Positions 1 through 10,494 of a stretch of DNA of 55,650 nucleotides are shown piece after piece. The first letter of the stretch is position 1; the number at the start of each line of letters is the position of its first letter. Made by a program: the position numbers and the translations under genes. The DNA is taken from NCBI GenBank assembly GCA_002256025.1, contig NKIB01013551.1, forward strand, positions 1 to 55,650, read 5' to 3'. The notes beneath the pieces are model-generated. The model saw only the letters and a program-made list of their open reading frames with translations, did no database searches and was not told the origin of the DNA. This DNA comes from Asterionella formosa. Taxonomy: Eukaryota.

Positions 1-279
1 TGTGAACTGAATTACAGAATTATGTGAAGTATTTCAAATAATTATGTCAAGTATTTCAAATAATTATGTGAAGGTGATCACGTAATATAGTGATGATCAG
101 GAATGCATGCATGATACTCTGATCAAATAATGAACGTGATGTATTCAGATTATATATAGATATATTCAAGTAAGCATTTTGATGTATTCAACTAATTCAT
201 GTGATCCATTCAAAATCAACTAGGCTTATTTACGTGATGGTCACTTCACGTAATTTGCGGCTTAGATGTAGTTGAACTT

Positions 280-666
280 TCAAATGAATTATTTGAAACA
301 TCAACTAATTCAGTCTTGCGTTCAAAATTCATTGTGAAAACTTCACATGAAACAGTTAAAACTTCAGCCACATGAAACCGTTAAAAGTAACCTTTTTACG
401 TGAAGAGTGGCATTAATGCATGTGAAGTACCACATAATTAACACTCGTACATAGACGAAATTTCGAAAAGTCAAATGAATTATTTGAAACATCAACTAAT
501 TCAGTCTCGCGTTCAAAATTCATTGTGAAAACTTCACATGAAGCAGTTAAAACTTCAGCCACATGAAACCGTTAAAAGCAATCTTTTTTACGTGGAGAGT
601 GGCATTAATGCATGTGAAGTAGTACCACATAATTAACACTCATATGTAGACGAAATTTCGAAAAGT
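280..666. repeat. Tandem duplication of a ~191-196 bp unit (280-470, 471-666), preceded by a 22-bp tandem repeat at ~18-72
   Basis: TCAAATGAATTATTTGAAACATCAACTAATTCAGTC...GAAATTTCGAAAAG occurs twice head-to-tail with few differences; AATTATGT(G/C)AAGTATTTCAAAT repeats about 2.5 times at the window start. Confidence 0.85.
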
Positions 667-1053
667 GGCGTATTTCGCGGCTTAGATGCATGTGCCTGTG
701 AATTAAGATGTTCAAGAAGGTGCATTGGTTGAATATTGATGGAGTAGAGGAATCAGTATTGGAAAACCAACATTCCCAAATGGTGTGGTATAGCTAAATG
801 GCGTTTTACTTTGCATGACTGGATTGGTTTTTGCAAATTAACAGCACACTACGTCTGCAGACGTATTACCCAAAGGAATTCCTCAAACCTTCATATCCTG
901 ACTTTTTAACTTTAAAAAATTGTAGTAAGCAAGCTAGCTAGCTAGCTTTATACCTTGTGCACAGTGCCATTACAATGTCTTTCCATAACATGGCAATATG
1001 AATGACTGATATGGCTGGTCTGATGATTACTAGTAAGTTTACAATGATAGTTT

Positions 1054-2450
1054 CTATGTCAATTTCAATTGACTTGTCGATTCTTGCATGTTCAAATATC
1101 TTGCATTCTCATTGAGGGAAGCAAGATGTTTTTCAAAACTGTCCAAGTTGGCTGACCAAGGATCCTGCCCACATGTTGCAAATGCAGCTGCAATCCATCT
1201 CCTGGGCTTATTTCCTAGGTTTATTTCATCAAAGGCAGTCTCAATCATTCCAACCAGATTTTCCCTTGGTACTGTGAGAGCACAACCACCAGCTCCCTGG
1301 CAGTTTTATAAGCTATGGCTTTTTGGCTGAAATCATAAAACAGCTTCTTGATTGCAGCCTTGAGAGGTTTATTCAAAGCAATATCACACACCTGATGAAT
1401 TAATGTCACACCTTGTTCTAGCTAAGATGTAAACAAGGAAGACTTTACCTGTTACAGGTGATGAATGATTTGTCGCCAGCCAATCTGTAATTATTTTTCC
1501 AAAATGAGTTTTGGATTGATCTACAATAAGCAAAGACCTTTGACTTGGAAACATTTTCAATAGCCAGTCAAGATGATATATAATAAAAGCATATTGAGTC
1601 ATCCAATGTGATTTGTTGAAAATAACTGTTGACTTGTGTAGTTGCTCCAAGAGGTCATCAGATCTGCTCCAAATGATCCAGTATCAATGATGAATGGTGG
1701 GAGAAGTTGTGAAGAATGAAGACTACTAGCTGTGACTGCCAGTGTGACTCTCTTTTTGTCATTTTCAACTGGAACCAAGGACCCTACTCGTTTTGTTCCT
1801 TTTGGCACAAGGACCTTGTCCTTACCAGGGTAGAAAAGAATGAAAGTCTCATCCATGTTGAAGACATTATCCCCTTGGAGCTCAATGGCAGTTCTGCAAA
1901 GAAGTAGTGACTGTCTCCAGGCAATATCAGCCCATTTAACAGGAACCTTTTGTGAAATTGTATTTACACACTTAGAAAACTGAGACCTTGAAATTACTCT
2001 TCTAGTCCATGTACGAAGACTGCCAGGATCTTTTAATAACTTCTGAAAATCTTCAGAGTAGTTCTGTTGACCAAACCGATGTCACAGTGAAACAATTACT
2101 TCTTCAAATGAAGCAGCATCGCCATGCTCAAATCTGGACAAGATCATGTTGGTGACATGAATCTGCTGGACAAGATATTTTATTGGAGGTCCAAGGGTGG
2201 ATCCCTTTGTAGCATGTGGAATGCGGCAATAAGCGGATCCAATATATAATTTGTTGTTGTTTTTCTTTGCTCGTGATGCTGCCAATTGGGGAGAAATATT
2301 TGCATTTCGGAATACAACTTGCTTCTGGCCTCCACTTCTTTCCAGTTGTTGCACTATTAACAAATACTTTTTTCAAATGTGTTGATTTGATCAAATCTTG
2401 TCTCCTGGTTTTACTATGCATGACAAACAAATATTGCTTTCTCAATGGAA
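1054..2450 (-). pseudogene. Decayed pogo/Tc1-mariner (DDE_1, CENP-B-like) transposase with frameshifts and stops
   Basis: Consecutive minus-strand fragments carry the DDE_1 motifs in order: MDETF, KKRVTLAVTA, LLPPFII, WMT, LLIVDQSKTH, then CDI..NKPLKAAIKK; they are split over different frames. Confidence 0.8.
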
Positions 2451-2642
2451 CCCTAACCCTGGAAAGGATACAATACTTTCCAAAAAAGGCGGAATGATGA
2501 TACAGACGGTCCTAAAACATACTTAGGTATCATACTGAACATCATACCAGCAGGAGCAAAAACCAGGCCTCTCATGATTACGACAGGATCAGAGATCTCA
2601 GAACAGTACCAGGTACCAGGTACTACTAGTACTACCGGTGTC

Positions 2643-3740
2643 ATGAAGTCAATGATCCATTCCTCGCCACTACGACGAAAAGCTCGTCGTCGGTTGTCGC
2701 CAGTAATAGTGGCTCAGACTCTGCTGGTGCTCCTTGCTGTCTCTCCAGACGGCAGAGTCCTGAGCGCCTCACCGTCGTTGTACGCCACCGGACCTCACCT
2801 GCCATTGGCGTCTCCCAATTGTGACCCAAGAGAACAGTTCTGTGCCAAACTGTTGGACCGATTATGGCTCAACTACAAGCAGCAAGTACCTTACGTCGGG
2901 ATTTATGAATCCATTGCCACGAGTGGGCCATTTGTCAATGACCACATTGCCTTTCGGTCCTTGGCTAGTGGAAAAACGGGTATCATGGCACTGTCTCGTG
3001 TCTTTGAAGCGCTTGGCTACCAAATAGCGGGAGTGTATCAATTCCCCTCAAAAAGCCTCACAGCGTTGCATTTGGAATATCCCAACAATCCGAATTTTCC
3101 AAAGTTGTTTCTGTCTGAATTGAGAGTCTGGGAAATGCCACACTATATTCAGACCATACTGCAGGATCATCTCGAGAGCGGAGTTGGGAGCTCGGTATCG
3201 AATGATGTGTTGGCAAGAATTGCACATTTGAACAGAGGATCCAGTCTCAATGATGAGGATGAGCTACTAAATCAATGTCATTTGTTGGATCAGCTGGTTG
3301 CATTCTTTGAAACTCTCCCTTGGAAGATTCCCACTAGAAAGTCTCTCCAAACCGTGAACCAGTACAGTCCCTATGCGGCATGGGTCTTGGTGCATGGCTA
3401 CAAGGTCAATCACTTTACGGGGCTCGTCATGGATCTGGAAACTTTGGTGGATGTTTTGAAAAAATCTGGAGTCCCCATGAAGGCAACGATAGAAGGAGCG
3501 GCCCATTCGAAGCTTCGACAAACTGCAACACTCGCCGTTCTTGCGAATGTAACAGTCTTGGACGACAACGGAACTCCAACGAAGACACCATGGACGTATG
3601 CCTATCTAGAGTTTTGCGAGCGGCCAGCTATCGTTGATAGGAATGGTGTGAAATCACGGTTTGAAGGTTTTTTAGGGGAACAAGCGACTGAGTTATTTGA
3701 AATGACAAACACAAGGAGTGATGATGATGAAACCCTGTAG
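2643..3740 (+). CDS. hglS: DUF1338 family 2-oxoadipate dioxygenase/decarboxylase (HglS/FLO7-like), with N-terminal hydrophobic extension; single exon
   Basis: Motifs NDHIAFRS, PKLFLSEL, YAAWVLVHGYKVNHFT, LRQTAT, YLEFCER, FEGF...LFEMT; His/His/Glu metal-ligand pattern present; start taken at the MKSM ATG (2643). Confidence 0.85.
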   Translation: MKSMIHSSPLRRKARRRLSPVIVAQTLLVLLAVSPDGRVLSASPSLYATGPHLPLASPNCDPREQFCAKLLDRLWLNYKQQVPYVGIYESIATSGPFVNDHIAFRSLASGKTGIMALSRVFEALGYQIAGVYQFPSKSLTALHLEYPNNPNFPKLFLSELRVWEMPHYIQTILQDHLESGVGSSVSNDVLARIAHLNRGSSLNDEDELLNQCHLLDQLVAFFETLPWKIPTRKSLQTVNQYSPYAAWVLVHGYKVNHFTGLVMDLETLVDVLKKSGVPMKATIEGAAHSKLRQTATLAVLANVTVLDDNGTPTKTPWTYAYLEFCERPAIVDRNGVKSRFEGFLGEQATELFEMTNTRSDDDETL

Positions 3741-3884
3741 TAACAAATCAATAATACTAACATGTTCTCATCAGTTATATATGTATTTGAATTATTCTCG
3801 CCCAAATCTGTCGTTCCTTAAAGCAGCTCTTATTTAAGATGTACTTGTGCCACCAACTGTGTATAGTCACAAATAAAATATGGC

Positions 3885-4241
3885 CTAGCTTCGTTGTCGT
3901 TCCATACGATGGGGAGTCGAAGGAAGGCTAGACGATTGTTGCGCCCGATGTTGCAACGAAACATCATCAGCAGCGTCTTCAAAGGAGGGCATGGGAGAAT
4001 TCTGCTCAAAGAGAAATTGCCTGTACAACTCCACTTCCAAGCTATGATCCATCTTACTCCAAACACGCTCGACCGCAGATTGGCCCTTTTCCTCTTGCTT
4101 GTGTTCATCTTCGAGCTGCTTGCTCACGTACTGGCAATTCAGAAATTTGTCACAGGACGACGAGAGTTTCACGAAACTATCGATTATGGGGCCTAACGAT
4201 AGGCCGAAGTCCTGCTTCTGATTGACATCCTTAGAGGCCAT
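3885..4241 (-). CDS. Hypothetical protein (~118 aa)
   Basis: Open frame from ATG (MASKDVNQ...) with protein-like composition, convergent with hglS; no recognisable motif. Confidence 0.35.
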   Translation of the reverse strand: MASKDVNQKQDFGLSLGPIIDSFVKLSSSCDKFLNCQYVSKQLEDEHKQEEKGQSAVERVWSKMDHSLEVELYRQFLFEQNSPMPSFEDAADDVSLQHRAQQSSSLPSTPHRMERQRS

Positions 4242-5288
4242 TGCGATTTGTTCTTCTGTCGGGCGATCAGTGACAAAAGAGAGCAACCGCTTGTCCTATT
4301 ACTTTCACAATTTCCTTCTAACGTTGCGGCGCAGGCAGTATTATGTGTTTTTTTGAAGTCGATAAACTTTCACAAGTTCCTAGTCACTTTGCAGTCGTCC
4401 TGGTATTTTAATGTGTTCTGTTTGGAGTCGTTAAACTTTGGAGGCAGCGGAGTCAAACAGCGAGTCTTGGCAAGGCTTAGTCTGTGTCTTGTAAATACAA
4501 AAATGTGGGCCCTGCTGGCGGCTACAAGCAACGAACTACATATTAGCCACTACTGGTATGCTTCATGTATACCGGTATACCAGTAGCGATGATGATACTT
4601 GTTTGCATTAATATACCGGTATATTTTTTTGATCTGTCTGGCCGTGATATTTTTGGTTTCAAGATTCGACACAGTCGAATGCTTGCTTGTTCAGATCATG
4701 CCGCGCGCATCATCGAATTGTTCAAGTCCACAAAGCAAAGCAACGACAGCCAAGTGGATTTGCCTTGCTCTAAATTTGCTGACTGGCACAGTACTATATG
4801 TAGCAGTACATAGTGTCACCTCCATGAAACGTGTCGTAGTACCTGGTAACGATAATTCAAAATGATACTTGATAAAAAATAACCGAAAATATTATTTTAG
4901 CTTCCTCTTCATCGTTTCGCATACCGGTATACCATAATATTATACCCCTGTTGGTACAAGACCTGACTGCCTTGCTTATTTTCCGTACAATGTTTCTGAA
5001 TAAAAAATATCAAAATTGGTGTATGAAACAATGCTGCAATATGCAAAGGCAACTTAGAGTAGATCAATACAACATCAACTAGCTAATGCAGGGTATGGTT
5101 TTTAATGATGTTCAGCACATTATACATATACTGCATGGAATCTTTCACTATTTAGTGATGGTAATGGCAGCAGCACCACATCATATGTATCTTGGTAAGA
5201 GAACCATACAACTTCCATTCTGAAATGAATTCAAGCAAAACTAGGATCGCACTTCTGGTGTGCACTGCTATTCAGGATATACAGGCAT

Positions 5289-7144
5289 CTATCCTGAAAA
5301 AATTGTTTTTTCTGGGTCAGTGTCAGCAAAAATCTCCTGACCATGACGTAAATGCGCCCCCGCAACTTCCGCAATATAGATGGAGTCCCTAGGTTCATCA
5401 AATCCAAGAGCTTCCCTTGCTTCGGCCATTAAGAACACACTTCCACACACCACCAAGATCTCATCCTTGTCCTTTGCAAGCTGAATGGCGGACTCAAGCT
5501 GTTTGGTAATGGAGCGATTTTCCAAATCATACGCAGCTGTGTGTTGCAATTGAGGCGCAGCTTCCAATATTTGTTCCAATTTCGCAGCTCTTGGGTGAAG
5601 GGCTTGGACCAAATGGATTGAATCTGTCGTAACGTCCTTCAACATAATATCTGCACATAGACCCAAATCCTTGTCTGACGACATGCCCACAACAATTCGA
5701 TACCTGCAATTGGGATACGTATCCTTGAGTTTACGAAACAAATACTCCATAGCAGGTGGATTGTGTGCCACATCAAGGACGACTGTTACACCATCAGTTC
5801 GTTCAATGACTTCAAATCGACATGGTGGTCGAATGGATGTTCCCCGTTTCACCACATCGGGAGAAAGGTTCATCATCAAGTTTGGACAAAATCTTTCCAA
5901 TAGGACAAGTGCCGCTTGCGCTGTACGTGCGTTTTCTTGATCGTAATCTGATATTTCCTTGTCTGATGGCCCCAATACATCATCACAAGTATAATACCCT
6001 TCGGCCGACTGTTCCTGTGCTTGTGCTCTCAGTACGTCATGGGGAACATGAGGTCCCACCAGGACTGGTCGGTCCTTTTTAATGATTCCCCCTTTTTCTC
6101 TTGCAATTTTCTGAATAGTGTCACCAAGAATACGTGTATGTTCCAGGCCAATGGATGTAATGATGGATACTGCCGGTGCCTGAATGACGTTGGTTGCATC
6201 CAATCTTCCCCCAAGTCCCGTTTCTAAAACCACAACATTTGCGTTTCTAAAGAATAAGAATGCCAGTGCGGTGGTAATTTCAAAGAATGTTGCAGGTATT
6301 TTGTTTGTTTCGCACATGTCATAGAGCCGCGGCAAAAATTCCACAACCTCTTCTTCTGTAATGAGCCTTCCATTAATTTGCATGCGCTCTCTAAAGCTGG
6401 ATACATGCGGAGAGCAAAACAGTCCAACTTTGAGGGCTGGGTTGGAGAGCTCCAATGTCTTGGCAATTTTGAGTGCCACACTTCCCTTTCCATTTGTGCC
6501 TGCAATGTGAATTACTGGAATGTTTGGCTGGATAATATAGAATAACATGTATGAATGTATATATATATAAATATATATATATGAATATAGCAGATGGTGT
6601 GTGAGCCATGACATGTAATGGTAAGGTAGCAAGCATACTGACAGGGAGGTATAGTAAGCAGTAAAAATAAGTGAACAATCCCCACCCTAGCCTACCATTA
6701 TGCCATCTTGGTACTTACATTGTCCATCGGACCTCCTATGGCATTATGTATCTGTTGAATGTTGGTTAAGCCTAGCTTGACTGGATGGAATATGTTGGTT
6801 TGATAGAGACGCCGTACATATTGTTCATAGGGAGTGTATTTGGATGGATCTGGGCCCATGTCTAGTTTTGGTATCGTGGCGTCCAGCGCAGTTGCACGCT
6901 TGGGCGATGAATGGTGGTAGCCAGCTCCTCGAATGGACCCGCAAACGTGTTGAAGACGTGTCAGCAGACGGTAGGAAGTGGCTGATGAGAGCATGCGACT
7001 CGGAGGCTGGAAAGCAGCGTGACAGGACGAGTACGTTGACGACGACAACAGCAGCAGCAACGGACCGAAGGAGCTGAAAAGACTGAATGGAATCAGAAGC
7101 GGGAGAATCAGAATCTGAATCAATCTTATTCCTCCGTTGGGCAT
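5289..7144 (-). CDS. folC: Folylpolyglutamate/dihydrofolate synthase (FolC/FPGS), 2 exons (7144-6719, 6527-5289)
   Basis: IHIAGTNGKGS P-loop, SPH, TFFEITT, VLETGLGGRLDATN, EKGGIIK, LDVAHNP, CGS motifs; phase-0 intron GTAAGT (6718)...CAG (6528) joins PMDN to PNIPV. Confidence 0.93.
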
Positions 7145-8106
7145 TTATGTACTCGGGGATTATTGTCTGCCGAGCCCTTCCTTTCCTATTCGACACTCCT
7201 GCGTCCTTGAATGATGGATATAGATATGGATATGGACCGTCGCCCCAAGATGATGACTTGACTTCTGCAATGTGAACTGTAATTAGACATTCTGGTCTCT
7301 GACGATGGTTCACCATACCGGTACTGGTACCAAGTACCAGTATCATGCCTACTGTACTGGGTACATGGTACGGTATCCATGCTCTGTCGCTATCGAATAG
7401 AGCAGCGATCACGACCGCATTACCGGTAGTTATGTCACATTTGATGACATCCAAACAATTAGAAGATTTTACTACCGCAGGGTGTGTACCGGTACCTGGT
7501 GGAGTACTGGTACCCTGGTACTGTACCTGATTGTACCCAATATCTCCACGTACCAGGTACCTGGTACCTGGTACCACGCAGAGGGTCGGAATCATGACAA
7601 GAGTACATTTAAGAATTTCAAGGGTGTAACTACCCTGTATATATACGTACGTTGAATGTACAGAGTTGAGTACCGGTACCGGTATGCTTGAATGCGTACA
7701 GTACCGGTATTGTTATATATTTTTATCAACTAAATTTACAATCCCCGTTCATGAAACAAGTGACATCATTTCACCCAATGATTTGGTCGTGTGAAACTTC
7801 CTCTACTTTCTATTAATTATTATCGGTAAGCAATATTAGTCTACAGGTAGTTAGTATTGTAACTGGTACTGGTACTGGTACTCTCCTCGTCTTCACATTC
7901 ATCTGTTTATACCTGATGGTACCAGCACCTGGTACCTGGTACGACCGGTAGATTTATTATGAGATTTATTGCAAATCTCCTTACACAACAAGTATCAACT
8001 GTTCCTTGGATGGCCTGTTGTTGTTGTTTGTTCTGTTTTATTCTTATTAGGCACTACGGAGTGTGTGTGTGACAGAGAGATAGATAGAGAGAGACTAGCG
8101 CATCCA

Positions 8107-10222
8107 ATGAACCCTCATGGCTCTATTGTCGACGGATTGGAAGAAGGGAATTTCCAGTGAGTTAGTTTGGACTCTTTTGTTGATTGAATCATTGCCAGAC
8201 ATGAATTGTAAAACACTTGCTATATATATGTATATATATATATATATTCATGGTCGACTGGCCATTCACACTCTCAACTAATATACATGTCAAACACTCG
8301 CAGGAAAATCAATTTCGCTTCGCTGTATTTGACCACCATTCCAGAGGACGCCAACTCGTCCTCTGGAGCTGCTGTTGGGTCAAGTATCTGCGCGACGACG
8401 ACAAAGCCACGATCACAACTGTTGCAAGAAACAATACCAATAACAAAAAAGCAAAATGGATCGACCACCTCCAGTGTTCTCGGTCACATGGGGGGCCTCG
8501 TGGATGACACAGCCGACCCTGATGAAAACAATGACGAAGAGGTGATGGGTAGCTTTCGACGAACGATACCTTGGAAAATTTTCATGGTACTAGGAGTTTT
8601 AGTTATTGTGGTTGGAGTCGGTGTGTTCTTCATTGTCAAGTGTGTGGGAAACAACAACAACAGCTGCAGAAATACTAATAGTCCCACGCCTAGTGATTAT
8701 AAACAATTGCCGTCCTCCGCACCCTCAATATTCCCAACATTTGCGCCAGCCTTTAACGATACCGCATCTTGGCAAGAATCATTAGAACAGCTATTTTTCT
8801 CCATATCAGGAAACGACATTTACTCTCCGGAGACTCCTCAAGGAAAAGCAACACTATGGTTTAAATACAATGATACCACTATTACGGATTATAACACCAA
8901 CGACGAACTCGTTCAACGATATGCTCTGTGCGTGCTATTCTTTGCATTGAACTCGGAACCAGATGGGGATATTGATGAATGCAAATGGGAAGGAATACAA
9001 TGTAGAAATCATGGCACTGTTTTTGGCATACACAGGACTGGAAACGCATTGAACGGATCGATACCAAGCGAACTCAGGTACCTGAGGAACCTTACCTCGT
9101 TGTACCTTTACAATAACTCCTTTACGGGACAGCTACCTGAATCATTATGGTCACTCACCGCTCTCACTCAGTTGAACTTTTTCAATAACTCCTTTACGGG
9201 ACAGTTACCAGAATCATTATGGTTACTCACTGCTCTCACTCAGTTGGACCTTGCGGACAATGCATTCAATGGAACCATCTCAAAAAGCATCATGAAGCTT
9301 TCCAATTTACAAAGTTTGTTTTTGAATGGCAACAATCTAATTGGGTCCTTGCCAACAGAGATTGGGGATTATTTGAACAGTCTAATCAACTTTTCAGTTG
9401 AAAGCAACAATTTGACTGGGCAGATACCAGAAAATATTTGGTTGCTGAAGTCACTCGTTGAGATGCACTTTTCACAAAATACATTCAGAGGGACGTTGTC
9501 GCCGTTCATTTGGTCCAGGCCCAACCTCACTTATTTGGCTGCTAGTGAAAATGCATTGACTGGGTCGATACCAGCCATTCCTGATGACAATACTACAGTT
9601 TCTCCCCTGATAAAATTTCATATTTATTCCAATCATTTGACTGGCAAGCTCCCTGACGCTCTGAGTCTACTAAGTGACAGCTTACGTGAGTATTGTTTGG
9701 ATAATTTTTTCGCTGTCATGTATTGGCATTGCACGCGCACTCACCTGGATTGTTTTGGGGTTTTACACCCATCTTGTAGAAGAAATCGTTTTTTTTCGAA
9801 ATAATTTTACAGGCACCATTCCATCCACTTTCTCCCAATTGACACAATTAACATATCTGGACCTTAGTTCCAACCGCTTAATGGGGACAATTCCTGTGCT
9901 TGCAGATTCTGTTATGAAAATGTATTTGACACAGAATAATCTAACTGGTCCGTTGCCTGCGTCCTTACCTGCATCATCCGAGGAAGTTTGGCTATCATCT
10001 AACGCACTGACTGGAACCATTCCAAGTAATTTTGGAGTGGGGTTGGCGAATCTGATGGAGGTCGCAATCAATGGCACCAGATTGAATGGACAGATACCAA
10101 GGGCACTTTGCTACCAAGTGGATCTTACTGCTAACTTGAGCCACCCATTATTTATTGCGGCTGACTGTTTTGGCAACAATTCAAACCATGTGTTTTGCGA
10201 CTGCTGCAAGGAGTGTTACTAA
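8107..10222 (+). CDS. Type II membrane leucine-rich-repeat protein (receptor-like, no kinase), 3 exons (8107-8156, 8304-9685, 9780-10222)
   Basis: One TM (IFMVLGVLVIVVGVGVFFIV), P/S/T stalk, QRYAL..F and ECKWEGIQC cap, plant-type LxxLxLxxNxLTGxIP repeats, terminal ADC...CDCCKEC; introns GTGAGT..CAG (8157-8303) and GTGAGT..TAG (9686-9779) both restore frame. Confidence 0.88.
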
Positions 10223-10494
10223 TGAATCATATGTTCCAAGAAGTCAAACCAAGGAAGTCGTGTGCTGAACAATGCCCTTGGACTGTTTAGGGCTATTGAA
10301 TAAATCGGATTTTGTGTGTTGGAAAGCAGACGAAGGATCGTTGCGAATATGCACACCGGTAGACTTCTCCAGTCCAATTGATAAAAACAATACACTTAAG
10401 CAACATTATTAAAAGGCTGATAGTACTTTAATCCAACCATGAGCTACACCAAATACCTAAATGTCAACACACCATATTCACCCACAGGATCTAT

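Noticed and set aside
6528..6632. N-terminus MLPYHY..YIYIYI of the 447-aa ORF
   Set aside because: It is the folC intron containing a (TA)n microsatellite
6825..7595. 256-aa minus-strand ORF
   Set aside because: Overlaps folC exon 1 in another frame and runs through GTAC low-complexity tracts; no motifs
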